NCBI GenBank assembly: GCA_963775465.1
Contig: CAVZIW010000012.1
Span: 86,568-150,567 of the forward strand
Direction: 5' to 3'
Origin: Candidatus Bathyarchaeota archaeon
GTDB taxonomy: Archaea; Thermoproteota; Bathyarchaeia; Bathyarchaeales; Bathycorpusculaceae
Length of the DNA stretch: 64,000 nt
A program made the position numbers and the translations under genes. This document shows positions 51,121-61,455 of this stretch, in pieces; positions within the stretch are counted from its first letter, which is position 1; every line of letters starts with the position of its first letter. Under the pieces are notes generated by a model, which saw only the letters and a program-made list of their open reading frames with translations, had not been told where the DNA came from and did no database searches.

Positions 51121-53187
51121 TTATGGCGGCTTAAAGGTCATAATCAGCTCTCGGTTCATTGTCCCATCGGTTCCAGGTCCAGAGTACTTTGAAGAAGGAT
51201 GAAAAAAAGTAACAAACGCATCCATACCATTGTATTCCATCATACTTACGAAGCCTGAAGGAAGACGACTAATAATTATACCAGGCTTTATCTTGCCATA
51301 CCCCTCAAAAAGTATACATGAAGGCGGCAAAACAAATTTTGGAGGAAACAAAGGGATTGGTTTGGTCCAACCCGCAAAACGGATATTACCGTAGGCATGT
51401 ACTTGAAACTCTTCCTTCTTCATCCCTTGAAGATTGTCGACCATCGGGAAACCAGCAAAAGCTGCCTTTAAAGCATCCAAGCTAATTGGGCCATCATGGA
51501 CGAAGGCCACAGGAACGAAAGCTTTGCCTTTGGGAGTATCAAGCCATAACTGCACCATCAGCGAATTTCGAGCCCCGACAACAGATTTCTCATTCCAAAT
51601 AGATAACGTAATTATCATATCAGGTAGATTGAGATGTTTGTTCAGATGTATGACAGCCGATGATTGTTTTCCATATAATACCGCAGTGTCTTTCAACGGA
51701 TTTTTCACTGTACATTTTTCGGCGTTCATTATTTTGTTAATAACTTCTTTTTCCGACACAGCCCTTGGTTTCTCTATAATTGAAAAAAGCATCTTCTGAT
51801 AAGGGCTATCTGGCATGGAAGCCGAATAACAATCATCTGGAACAACCTTTAATCTACTTAATGGTGATTCCGTTAAAGACTCTAAGGTTATTAACGAAGG
51901 GGCATGTGCATTTCTCCAGAGGTCATCTAACATAACCTTCACTCTACAAACATATTCTTGATCTTCACTGTAGAACTGGGCTTTGTAAGGCGACGTAAGC
52001 TCCATCTCATTTTTTGGCGACGTTTCGAACTGGAAAAGAAATTTTTCATCGATAATGGTAGTGCTCATTTGGCTTGCAGCAACATGTCTCACTTCACAGA
52101 ATTTTGAGAATTCCTCCGCAGCTCCGAGGTTATCTCTGGTTATAGGAGCCATAATTCGAACAGAAACACCAAGATCTACTAATCTTTTAATTTGATTTGC
52201 TCTCTTCTTCCAGATTTTTCCAAAATCTTTTCCAGAAGTCATTACTATAATTTCTTTTTCTGCAAAACGTATTGCATCTTCATATTTTTTCTCAGAGACT
52301 TCCAAATTGGCGATTGTACACGATCTTGATGTACAATCGTACTTTTCCATCTCTGCTATCTTTGTGTCCAAGGTTGTTGAAGTTCTCCATAATTCGTCAA
52401 ACACAGAAGTAAATGCTTGGACGAGTGATTTGCAGTTTGTCCAAAGACATTTCTCATTCCATTCAGATCTACCTATTCTCGGTGAGATGAAGAAAAGAAC
52501 TTCTTCATCATCTCGCATTATCATATTCGGAAAGAGGTTTAAACCTAAATCAGGGTTTCTCACCTTGAAATCAAAACCAGTGTTCGCTGCTTTCTTGAAA
52601 AGTTCCTTCATCGGATTCAGTGTTTGTTCTGATAAGTCAGTTAAAAAATGGTACCGAATCTGTTTTCTCAAAGGATGATTAAAAGCTGCATCGAAAACTC
52701 CAAATCTATCGGCACGAGCTAACCCCGAAAATTTTGCCATAGCATAAAGATGGTTCTTAGTTTCAGTTGCCATTTGTGTAATCTTTGCGTAAATCTTTTT
52801 ATTACCTTCAACTACCGTAAATTTTTCTAAAAATGGCTCCTGCTGAACCTTGCTAATTATGTTCCAATCGTTAAGTACACTTTGCTTTGTATTCTCTATT
52901 AGTGCAGTTTCTTCTCGCTTAGCCTTGATAAATAATTCTAGAATCGACTCAAAAGGAACCGTCGTGAAACGTGTTGGAGATTCAAGGGTTGCTTCGATTG
53001 CTCCTTTGGTCTGAAGACTCCTCAATAACCGGTAGACCTCAACCCTATGAGTCTTTATACCTTTAGCTATTTCACCAGTTCTTAGAACCCCATGCTTAGC
53101 TAAAAAAATATAGAGCTCTGCTTCTTTATCAGTAAGCCCAAAACTTTTGAGGATTTTTCGCACTTTTTCCGTGCCCACTTGCACCAA
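51121..53187 (-). CDS. long TrmB-family regulator 3
   Basis: FGLTDKEAELYIFL; CLWTNC; FVTFFHPSSKYSGPGTDG. Confidence 0.85.
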   Translation of the reverse strand: MVQVGTEKVRKILKSFGLTDKEAELYIFLAKHGVLRTGEIAKGIKTHRVEVYRLLRSLQTKGAIEATLESPTRFTTVPFESILELFIKAKREETALIENTKQSVLNDWNIISKVQQEPFLEKFTVVEGNKKIYAKITQMATETKNHLYAMAKFSGLARADRFGVFDAAFNHPLRKQIRYHFLTDLSEQTLNPMKELFKKAANTGFDFKVRNPDLGLNLFPNMIMRDDEEVLFFISPRIGRSEWNEKCLWTNCKSLVQAFTSVFDELWRTSTTLDTKIAEMEKYDCTSRSCTIANLEVSEKKYEDAIRFAEKEIIVMTSGKDFGKIWKKRANQIKRLVDLGVSVRIMAPITRDNLGAAEEFSKFCEVRHVAASQMSTTIIDEKFLFQFETSPKNEMELTSPYKAQFYSEDQEYVCRVKVMLDDLWRNAHAPSLITLESLTESPLSRLKVVPDDCYSASMPDSPYQKMLFSIIEKPRAVSEKEVINKIMNAEKCTVKNPLKDTAVLYGKQSSAVIHLNKHLNLPDMIITLSIWNEKSVVGARNSLMVQLWLDTPKGKAFVPVAFVHDGPISLDALKAAFAGFPMVDNLQGMKKEEFQVHAYGNIRFAGWTKPIPLFPPKFVLPPSCILFEGYGKIKPGIIISRLPSGFVSMMEYNGMDAFVTFFHPSSKYSGPGTDGTMNRELIMTFKPP

Positions 53188-53308
53188 TCCCTAACATTCT
53201 AACGAGTTGTAAGCAACCTCAGTTACCAACCCATTGATAAATACGCAAACTTGTTTAACTTTCTTTTGTCGATTCGAAATCAATATTAAAGAAAAGGCAT
53301 AAGAGGAG

Positions 53309-54112
53309 GTGAAAACGATTAAAAAACAAACAATTTTTGGATTTCTACTACTTCTCTCCCTAGTAATCACAACTATAGTTGCTTCGATTGCTCCTGGATT
53401 TGCCAAGGACGTTTCCTCAAATATAAAGTACAACGTTAACGGAGGCGTAGTACATCTTCATTTGCCCCCAGCAGGCGGCGCAATAGCGGACCACCCCACT
53501 AATCTCCGCATAATTGCCTTAGATTTTACAAAGGACAACAAGTTCTTCGGATATGCAGGTCACGACGAACTAGTAGTTCAAATCTGGTATGCTCCAGCAA
53601 ACGCATATGTTACAGTGGCTTTGATAACAGATAATGCGAACTCTCAAGCAACAGATTTCTTCAAAACCGTCTTCGCTGGCGGAGCAGAAGTCAATAACAT
53701 AATAATAGTTGAAGAAAAACAATTAGAAGCTTGGACAGAATCAAAATCCGCCCACAGCCATAACATTTGGAATGCTGCAAACGATCAAACACTGATCACA
53801 GAACTAAACATGCCAACCCCAAAACTAATAACCTTACCTGGTCCATTAGCCCCCTTGAGCTTTACTCTCCCAGCAACCATGACTCTAACATTCAGAGAAA
53901 TCGGCGATGAATACCAGATCAAAAAAGGTGAAAACGTAGTAACATTGCTCAATCCACCATCATACTCAAGCGGCTACACCGTTTCTCAATACGGCGGAGA
54001 GAAACCAGCGTTTGTAGAAACCACCATCCCCGCTTGGCTAATAGGCGGTCAAGACGAAGAGGTGGGAGTCATACACACCCATTGGACAATGCTGTATATT
54101 CCACCAACATAA
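53309..54112 (+). CDS. secreted protein distantly homologous to the long-TrmB C-terminal domain
   Basis: Signal peptide ending APGFA; GHDELVVQIW...AYVTVALITD...FKTVFAG; C-terminal MLYIPPT. Confidence 0.75.
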   Translation: MKTIKKQTIFGFLLLLSLVITTIVASIAPGFAKDVSSNIKYNVNGGVVHLHLPPAGGAIADHPTNLRIIALDFTKDNKFFGYAGHDELVVQIWYAPANAYVTVALITDNANSQATDFFKTVFAGGAEVNNIIIVEEKQLEAWTESKSAHSHNIWNAANDQTLITELNMPTPKLITLPGPLAPLSFTLPATMTLTFREIGDEYQIKKGENVVTLLNPPSYSSGYTVSQYGGEKPAFVETTIPAWLIGGQDEEVGVIHTHWTMLYIPPT

Positions 54113-54173
54113 AACCGAAACAATCCCAACCATCTTTTTTTAACTAATACAATCTCAAAAGGACCAATCCAAA

Positions 54174-54551
54174 ATGAGCTATCAAAGAGTCCTGAAAGCA
54201 CTAGTTAATCTCGGACTAAACAATACTGAAGCTATGATCTACGTTTTCCTAGCACAACATGGTACTAAAGAAGAAAAAATCCTAGCTATCGAACTAGAAA
54301 TGCAATGTCAGCAGCTGCATAGAAGCTTAGGAAACTTGAAAGAGAAAAAATTAGTAAACACCAAGCCAGGGCATCCTACAGTATTTTCCCCCATTGCTTT
54401 CAACAAAGCTTTAGACATACTAGTGAAGGCGCATTTGAAAGAAACAATAGTCATTGAAGAGGAAAAAACCGAGATTCTTGACCAATGGAGCAATATGATC
54501 AACAAGAAAACCACAACGAATAAACGAAAAAAGAATACTGCAGCAGCTTAA
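54174..54551 (+). CDS. HTH-only mini-TrmB
   Basis: MSYQRVLKALVNLGLNNTEAMIYVFLA..G...LKEKKLV...HPTVF. Confidence 0.85.
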   Translation: MSYQRVLKALVNLGLNNTEAMIYVFLAQHGTKEEKILAIELEMQCQQLHRSLGNLKEKKLVNTKPGHPTVFSPIAFNKALDILVKAHLKETIVIEEEKTEILDQWSNMINKKTTTNKRKKNTAAA

Positions 54552-54699
54552 ATCTATAAAACGTATTTTTCGATTATTTTTACACGTAGAGACAACGCAT
54601 TTACTCCCTTCAGGATTTCGTTTACATATTATGCGGTTATCGAGATCAGCCTTTTGACATATAGAAAACGCGTGATAACTGCCCTTGAAGAAAATAAAC

Positions 54700-55110
54700 C
54701 TAGCGGAGTCCGCCTTCTTTAAAATAGTGGTATTCTTCTTTTTTGGAACCGAAACTTCTAACGCCATCGCGCTTAAGTTGACAACGTAACTCTTTGGCAT
54801 ATTCTTTAGTGATTTCTCCTCGCTTCTCCAAGTAACTAATTATCTCCTCAGCTTGCACTTCAGTGTCGCAGCGGCGAATGAAATCTACAGCTTGCGGGTT
54901 AAAATGACGCAGCTTATCAGGCATCTCTAAGCTAGAAGAAGCTTGCTCTTCGGAACCGATGTCTTCGCATTCGTCGCACCCACAGACTTCTGCTTCAGCT
55001 TTCTGAGGATCCTTCCTAACCGCATCTATAGAAACTTTGTTTTCACTGCTGGTTAGTTCTCGATAGAGGTTTGGAAACATCTTCTTGAGGTCTTTCTTGT
55101 CTAAGGCCAT
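54700..55110 (-). CDS. DUF2095-like archaeal protein
   Basis: KKMFPNLYREL; P.AVDFIRRC.T..QA.EII.YLEKRGEI; RSFGSKK. Confidence 0.8.
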   Translation of the reverse strand: MALDKKDLKKMFPNLYRELTSSENKVSIDAVRKDPQKAEAEVCGCDECEDIGSEEQASSSLEMPDKLRHFNPQAVDFIRRCDTEVQAEEIISYLEKRGEITKEYAKELRCQLKRDGVRSFGSKKEEYHYFKEGGLR

Positions 55111-55169
55111 TGTCTACCAATAAACATAAAATATTGAGGGTTTAAAAATTTTTTTGACCAAAACAAAAA

Positions 55170-55784
55170 TTATTCTGGAAGAAACCGCTGAGTTGGATTG
55201 ACTTTAAGGACCTTTTGGAGCTCGCTTACGCTTAACCCTTTTATTTCGTCACCAAAAGTTTCACATTTTCGTTTATTGCCTTTCTCCTCACAGCTGCGAA
55301 CGACGATTTCAAGACTATGTTTGCCTTGAGTCTGAGCATGTATATGAAAAGACGACAAGGTTTCCCCACGCTTATTCACAGAGCTCCAAGCAGTCTTCAA
55401 TATGCCAACACTTAACGTCTTAAGAAGCTCTAAGACTTCTATAGGCTCATCCGCATAAACTGCTATGTCGATGTCACTTCCCTGCTTTATGGTTCCCCTC
55501 CAAACGCTCCCAATCAAAACAGGACAAAACGTCGCCAAATACTCCATGACAGCTAATGCTTCCCTACGCATCTGCACTAAACGCTCTTTTCTCTGCGAAC
55601 CTTCACGTTCCTCGGCAATCTTATCCAGTTCCAAAGCTACTTCAAGGTTAGACGGCAAAAAATGTGTGCCAAAAGTCTGAGCTGCTTTTTGCTTTGCTTG
55701 TTTGTATTCTTTTTCTGCCCCAAAATAAAGAAGCGTAGCCGCCTCTCTTGCTACTCTGCACTTTATATCAGAGTCAAAAGACAA
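55170..55784 (-). CDS. nucleotidyltransferase-domain protein
   Basis: VAREAA.LLY..EKEYKQAK; LIGSVWRG...SDIDI. Confidence 0.8.
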   Translation of the reverse strand: MSFDSDIKCRVAREAATLLYFGAEKEYKQAKQKAAQTFGTHFLPSNLEVALELDKIAEEREGSQRKERLVQMRREALAVMEYLATFCPVLIGSVWRGTIKQGSDIDIAVYADEPIEVLELLKTLSVGILKTAWSSVNKRGETLSSFHIHAQTQGKHSLEIVVRSCEEKGNKRKCETFGDEIKGLSVSELQKVLKVNPTQRFLPE

Positions 55785-55788
55785 CGTG

Positions 55789-57039
55789 TCACCGTTTCGC
55801 TATGGATTCGTACAGATCAATTGTTCTCTTAGCAATCTTATTCCACGTAAACTCAGCTATAACACGTTTCCGCCCGTTCTTGCCTAACTGTTTACGTAAC
55901 TCAGGATTCTCCAAAGCGCTGATAACCCCCCAGGCTATATCGGAAGGATTGTTAGGATCAACATGGAACCCGCATTGCTCTTCACCACAGCAAATTACAA
56001 TTTCCCGCATACCACTAACACCAGCGGCGCCAACAACAACAGTTTTCTCCATCGCCATCGCTTCCAAAGCTACAATTCCAAAGGGCTCATAGTAACTGGG
56101 AAAAACAGCCAAGTCGCATGCGGCATAATGCGCAATACGTTCTTCTTCAGGTATGAAGTCAAAGCAGAACTTCACATACTCATCTAACCGAATCGTCCGA
56201 GTCAAATTAGTCAAGTACTCCTGCAGATCGCCCACACCGACAATGATTAACTTAGCTTTGGGGATCTTGGACAGGATGTGAGGCATAGACATTATCAACT
56301 TATCAACACCCTTAACCCCAACTAACCTACCTAAAAATAGAATCATCAACTCATCGTCTTTAAGGCCGTATTTAGCGCGGATCTTCTGAATACTCTCTTT
56401 AGAAACATTAGCAGGATTGTATTTTTGCGGATCAACACCATTGTAGCTAACTTGAATTTTCTCCTTAGGAAAACCAAGCCCAATCAACTCATCCTTCATA
56501 GCATAGGACACGGTAACAACCAAATCCGCCATCTTACCCGCACGCAACTCAATGTTACTAACCACGCTAGAACCATTACCTAAAGTCCTACCCTTCTCGG
56601 TGGAATGAACGTGAAAAGCCAACGGCAATCCAGACTCACGCTTAACCGTAATTCCACCCATCGCAGAAAGCCAATCATGAGCCACAACAACATCATACTT
56701 CATTCCCTCACGCTTAATGAGCTCATTAACAAGCTTTGCCGCTGAAAGATAATTATAAACCATCAGCTTACCAAACAAAATAATGCCTCTACCCCATTTC
56801 CGAATGTCCTCAGCAATCACATCAGGCAACGAGTCAGAAACATCAATGTGCAAAGGCCGATGAATCTCAATACCACGCCAAATCTCACGAGTCGGCAAAG
56901 AACCCGCATCATCATTCATAGTAAAAACAGTCACATCATTATCACTCAAGACAAATTTCCTAGTTATCTCAGCAGCGTAAGTACCTAATCCACCCACGAT
57001 TTTCGGCGGATACTCATAGACAAAAACAGCGATCTTCAT
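55789..57039 (-). CDS. GT4 glycosyltransferase (glycogen synthase-like)
   Basis: EYPPKIVGGLG, AHDWL, GRLVGVKG, YEPFGIVALEAM. Confidence 0.9.
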   Translation of the reverse strand: MKIAVFVYEYPPKIVGGLGTYAAEITRKFVLSDNDVTVFTMNDDAGSLPTREIWRGIEIHRPLHIDVSDSLPDVIAEDIRKWGRGIILFGKLMVYNYLSAAKLVNELIKREGMKYDVVVAHDWLSAMGGITVKRESGLPLAFHVHSTEKGRTLGNGSSVVSNIELRAGKMADLVVTVSYAMKDELIGLGFPKEKIQVSYNGVDPQKYNPANVSKESIQKIRAKYGLKDDELMILFLGRLVGVKGVDKLIMSMPHILSKIPKAKLIIVGVGDLQEYLTNLTRTIRLDEYVKFCFDFIPEEERIAHYAACDLAVFPSYYEPFGIVALEAMAMEKTVVVGAAGVSGMREIVICCGEEQCGFHVDPNNPSDIAWGVISALENPELRKQLGKNGRKRVIAEFTWNKIAKRTIDLYESIAKR

Positions 57040-57181
57040 GTCCCAAACGTCACCATTATTAGGTTAGCATCGTAGCCACAATACTAAAACTTTGCTCAAA
57101 CAAAAAAAAGACAAACAACTTAAAAAACCCAAACCTCTAAGGAAAAGTTTGATTAGACCGTTCTACATACCACTGAGGTAG

Positions 57182-57781
57182 GTGCTCAACACTATGAGTT
57201 TATCACCAATCAAAATAGAAGTACTAGAAACCATGCTCTTAAGCAACAAACCACAAAAAGCTATGGAAATCGCCAAACAAACCAACAGAGAATTCAACCC
57301 AGTAATGATGCACCTGTTAGGACTCGTCAGAATGGGCAACGTAAGCGTACCCGAAAAAGGACTGTACATCATAACAGAAAAAGGAAAAACTGTCCTGGGC
57401 ATACCAAAAATCACAAAAGAAAAAGCCCAAGCAATCCTTGCTTACATGCCACATGAAAAGGCCTTCAACTTTTATGAAAGCATCGACAAACCCCTAAACA
57501 TCCACGCCCACAATCTACGAGACTTCGCAAACAAAATAATCAAAGTCGACCAAACCTCAATCCAATTCCATACTCAACGCAACGACTTCGAAGCCTGGTT
57601 TAGAGGAATCGGCGACACAGAACTAACCAAAAAAATCAACATCCTCAAAAAAAGAAACACCTCAGGAGAAGACCTGCGCAACCAACTCCACGACATCATT
57701 GAACAACGCTACCTTACCTTAGCAGAACTTTCAGGTCAACCCATACCACCAGAAGACCAACACACTCACACTCACACCTAA
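57182..57781 (+). CDS. wHTH plus DUF5752-like protein
   Basis: N-terminal wHTH; AFNFY...AHNLRDF...SIQFH..RNDFEAW. Confidence 0.7.
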   Translation: MLNTMSLSPIKIEVLETMLLSNKPQKAMEIAKQTNREFNPVMMHLLGLVRMGNVSVPEKGLYIITEKGKTVLGIPKITKEKAQAILAYMPHEKAFNFYESIDKPLNIHAHNLRDFANKIIKVDQTSIQFHTQRNDFEAWFRGIGDTELTKKINILKKRNTSGEDLRNQLHDIIEQRYLTLAELSGQPIPPEDQHTHTHT

Positions 57782-57845
57782 AACAACAAACATTTCTTTC
57801 TCTACAAAACAGATTTTAAAAAGAAAAAAGCCCAAAAAAAGGGCA

Positions 57846-58829
57846 CTAGGTTATTTGGCTGTAGATCGGATGCCCCTTGAACTTCAGATGAGTAGATGAC
57901 CATTCTAAGGTTCCGCTGGGAAGTCTAGTACAAATAGACTGAACAGTTGCCCCTCCAGAAGTAAAGCGAACACCATCAAGCATCTCACCTTTAGTTACGC
58001 CTGAAGCGGCAAAAATCATTTCATTTCCCTTTGCTAACTCGTTTTCAGTGTAGGTTTTCTCAACATCAACACCCGCAGCTTTAAGTCGCTCCATCCGGTT
58101 CGCATCATCTTTCTTGTCTTTCCAAACCTTAACCAGCATTGTTCCACCAAGACACTTCACCGCTGTTGCCGCTATAGTTGCCTCTGCACCAGCACCTGCA
58201 CCGATAAGCAAATCAACACCTGAATCAGGCAAACACGTCACAATAGAACCAGCGATGTCGCCATCGGTTATAAGAATAATTCTAACACCCATCTTCCGAA
58301 GCTTCGAAAGCAAAGTAGCGTGCCGTTCTCGTTCTAACATGATAACAGTAAAGTTCGACAACGGCAAATTCTTCAGCTTAGCTACAGTCTTAACGATTTC
58401 TTCAACAGACATTTCCAGATTAATTTTGCCCCGGGCAATTCCGTTTGTTGCAACTTTGAAGTAGTAGCCATCGTCAGGAAGCACTTTTAAGCAACCGCGA
58501 GGAGCACAAGCCAAAGCACTAATGGCGTCTTTTTTGCCCTTGGATGTGGCAGTTGTTCCATCAACCTGATCAACTACGAATTCAACTTGAGGTCCATTGC
58601 CAGTGCCAACTTTCTCTGCATAACTAAAGGCTGGCGCGTTGTCCTTTGGTCCTTCACAGCAGATGACGGCTCCATCAACTTCAGTCTGGTTCAATATTGC
58701 CCTCGAAAAATCCAACGCGGTTTGGTCAACTTTGTCAGGATCACCTTTTCCTATGTGAAGAGCAGCACCGACAGCTCCAGCGATGGTAATTCGAGTTAAA
58801 GACGGCGATAAAGATCTAAGAGAGGTCAT
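57846..58829 (-). CDS. glpX: class II fructose-1,6-bisphosphatase
   Basis: EG.KD.AP, VDQVDGT, RERH, DGDI, FAASGVT.G.MLDGV. Confidence 0.85.
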   Translation of the reverse strand: MTSLRSLSPSLTRITIAGAVGAALHIGKGDPDKVDQTALDFSRAILNQTEVDGAVICCEGPKDNAPAFSYAEKVGTGNGPQVEFVVDQVDGTTATSKGKKDAISALACAPRGCLKVLPDDGYYFKVATNGIARGKINLEMSVEEIVKTVAKLKNLPLSNFTVIMLERERHATLLSKLRKMGVRIILITDGDIAGSIVTCLPDSGVDLLIGAGAGAEATIAATAVKCLGGTMLVKVWKDKKDDANRMERLKAAGVDVEKTYTENELAKGNEMIFAASGVTKGEMLDGVRFTSGGATVQSICTRLPSGTLEWSSTHLKFKGHPIYSQIT

Positions 58830-59782
58830 TGTCGATTCACCTTAAGCTTAGATTCATTTAACCATAACTCCGTAAACTCACCATAATTCTGAGCAATCGC
58901 CTCAACTGCTCGTTTCCGATCGATTTTACCTGCCTTGAAGTTAGCCAACGGATCCCAAAAAATTGTTCGCCCAACAGCAAACCCAATGATGCCAGGGATC
59001 GTAGCGCCGACTTTGAGCCATTCCTTCACTTTTTCCTTGGACTCACCACGCCCCAAAGTGATGACACCGACCTTTCGCCCCCCACTCTGAGCCTGAGCAA
59101 CAACAGCCTTAGCAGATTCAGGTTTATCAACGCCTTCAAGTTTCCAAATTGCTGGTTCTACACCTGCATCCTGGATCTCTTTAAGACTATCAACCATCAA
59201 TTTAGGACGCATTTCCACATCATATTTTTCCTTTGAACCGCCAAGCTCAGCCAGTTGAGCCTCCGAAGCTGGAACAATGAGCTCAAAAAGAAAAGTCCTA
59301 TCATTTTTAGCCAAATAATCGCCAAGTCTCTTTAATCTCTCAAGTTGCCTCTTATTCATGGTTACGTCATCATCAGGATTGTAACGAACCAGAACCTTCA
59401 CAAAAGTGGGATCAAACTCCTCAATGTGCTTCGCAAAATCTTCCCCATAATCAAAGTCAAATTCATTCTGACCAGATTTCTCAACGGGCATTGCAAACAT
59501 TAAAGCATCCTTCTTTGCCTGCCGCAAAACATCAGCACCAAATTCTTCATCCACAAGCAAACCTGCAATTTCTTTAGGAACCTTCTGTTTAGTGGCTAAT
59601 CGGAAGCCTTCAAAAATTATTTTTTTGTAGTCTTCGATCTGCCGCTTCTCATCACCGGTGGGTTGACGACCTTTTATGCCGAACATTTTTGCAAGAAAAG
59701 ACGAACGATGGTCAAAAGCCAAAATAAGTAACTCTTTTCGCGACCAATCAATCACACAAGTCACCGTGATTGTATTTTGCAT
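58826..59782 (-). CDS. DUF2090-like class I aldolase
   Basis: ILAFDHR, KVLVRYNP, WKLEG, LGRG, GFAVGRTIF. Confidence 0.8.
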   Translation of the reverse strand: MQNTITVTCVIDWSRKELLILAFDHRSSFLAKMFGIKGRQPTGDEKRQIEDYKKIIFEGFRLATKQKVPKEIAGLLVDEEFGADVLRQAKKDALMFAMPVEKSGQNEFDFDYGEDFAKHIEEFDPTFVKVLVRYNPDDDVTMNKRQLERLKRLGDYLAKNDRTFLFELIVPASEAQLAELGGSKEKYDVEMRPKLMVDSLKEIQDAGVEPAIWKLEGVDKPESAKAVVAQAQSGGRKVGVITLGRGESKEKVKEWLKVGATIPGIIGFAVGRTIFWDPLANFKAGKIDRKRAVEAIAQNYGEFTELWLNESKLKVNRQ

Positions 59783-59926
59783 CCATCTCTAATAAATCAG
59801 TATTGCTTTTAAAAAGCAGAAAAAATGTTACAAAAAATCCGCGGCAACTTGAGTCTTAGAAACCATAGTAGCAGAGAAACCATGAAATAATAAAACAAGC
59901 ATATCAGACTATGCTGAGGCGCCAAC

Positions 59927-60427
59927 ATGACTGAAAACCGAGTCGTCACCGTTAAGCTACCCGAAGATGTTTACCTAGAAATGGCTCTGCGCATTCCAGA
60001 AGGAGAGCGCAGCCACTTCATAAGAGAAGCCATATCCGAAAAACTACAGAAAACCCCCAAAGCCGACAAACTCTTAGCGCTAGAAGAACGCATGGACAAA
60101 ATCGAACAGGAATTTGGTGAAATAAGAAAATACCTCGCAGACCTAGAAATTCTAACTTTCCAACACGGCAAAATCAACCCCCATCAATACTGCATCGACG
60201 AGTTGGACCACAAAATAATGGAGTACCTTCTCCACTACAAATCTGCAACCACCCCCGAAATAGCAGAGTACATTAAAACCAACCGATGGCTCATCCTAAA
60301 TAGACTAAGAAAAATCCAGAAAATAAGCAAAAAACAAATCGGCAAACCCATCGTCGAATACTATGCAGGAGAAAAATCTGGAAAGAAAAAAGCTTGGTGG
60401 ATTGACGAGGAACTAATCCAAGAATAA
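59927..60427 (+). CDS. RHH / coiled-coil / wHTH transcriptional regulator
   Basis: VVTVKLPED...RSHFIREAI; C-terminal ATTPEIAEY. Confidence 0.7.
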   Translation: MTENRVVTVKLPEDVYLEMALRIPEGERSHFIREAISEKLQKTPKADKLLALEERMDKIEQEFGEIRKYLADLEILTFQHGKINPHQYCIDELDHKIMEYLLHYKSATTPEIAEYIKTNRWLILNRLRKIQKISKKQIGKPIVEYYAGEKSGKKKAWWIDEELIQE

Positions 60428-60465
60428 GTTAGCTTTAAATCCACAAGCATGTTTGTAGCAACTGT

Positions 60466-60544
60466 GGGCTCGTAGTCTAGCACGGATTAAGGCATCGGCC
60501 TCCGGAGCCGAGAATCCTGGGTTCAAATCCCAGCGGGCCCGCCA
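60466..60544 (+). tRNA. tRNA-Arg(CCG), intronless, with encoded CCA
   Basis: Acceptor stem GGGCTCG/CGGGCCC; anticodon arm TCGGC-CTCCGGA-GCCGA; T-loop GTTCAAATC. Confidence 0.95.
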
Positions 60545-60599
60545 AAAACTCTATAGAATAATGCATTATTTACTATTTTAGTGGGAAATCGCTTCGACG

Positions 60600-61376
60600 T
60601 TATATCGATGGATACCAAAATTTTGCCTGTTCCCAATAATGGAGGTAGAGGTCGCTTGCCAATCCAAGAAACGTAGCTTCACTTCCAAAAAAAGAGGGAA
60701 AGTCAACGGGTCCGTCAAGTTTGGGAAATGAAACCGAAGCTTCTTTCTCAGAAATCATTATAATTAACGGAACATCTGCCAGGAGTTTTCTTTCAACATC
60801 CTTTCCTGAAGGCAGGTCAACCTTTGTTTCTCTAATCTTCTCGCTCATGATCGATCTAAGCTTAACGCCCTTCAACAATTTGCCAGCCATAGCATGACTA
60901 AGATGCCCCATAACTTGAGGCGTCATAACCCAAACATGTTCGTTAGCATCCATAATGAGAGCTTCCCACCTTCCCAAATCCTCGTTTAAGTTATCCACAA
61001 GGGTAGCTTGGGATAATTCACCGAGCCTATTAACAAATGATGAAGGAATACGGTTAACATCATGAGCCAAGAAATAATCGCCTTGTCTATACGCTAGTTC
61101 CATAGAAGCTGAAAGACGTAAGAGCAATCGCCCGAGAGCAGATGTTGAATACAAGCCATCACTTTCTCTTTCAATGAGTTTGGCTTGGCTTAATCGTTGA
61201 AGTTGGCGTAAAGCCTCCGTCGCAGTTAAGTCAAGTTTGCGTGCAATATCTTGCATCTTCAATTTTGAATCGCATAATAACCGAAGAATTGCAAGCCTAT
61301 CCTCACTTGCCAACTCAAAGAACAATAAATCCAAGCGCTTCACTTCATCCATAGCGATCACTGCATGATTAAACAT
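60600..61376 (-). CDS. ArsR-type wHTH regulator with DUF1724-like C-terminal domain
   Basis: LASEDRLAIL...EALRQLQRL; YFLAHD...IP; DLYLHYW. Confidence 0.8.
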   Translation of the reverse strand: MFNHAVIAMDEVKRLDLLFFELASEDRLAILRLLCDSKLKMQDIARKLDLTATEALRQLQRLSQAKLIERESDGLYSTSALGRLLLRLSASMELAYRQGDYFLAHDVNRIPSSFVNRLGELSQATLVDNLNEDLGRWEALIMDANEHVWVMTPQVMGHLSHAMAGKLLKGVKLRSIMSEKIRETKVDLPSGKDVERKLLADVPLIIMISEKEASVSFPKLDGPVDFPSFFGSEATFLGLASDLYLHYWEQAKFWYPSI

Positions 61377-61455
61377 TGATGTTTAATCTTACACATCCTT
61401 GTCAAATAAAACTAATGGGATTTCTTCTCCATATGGATGTTTGAGGAAAAACAAA

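Noticed and set aside
60466-60544. tRNA-Arg as the attachment site of the island
   Set aside because: I saw no duplicate of its 3' end and no integrase in the window
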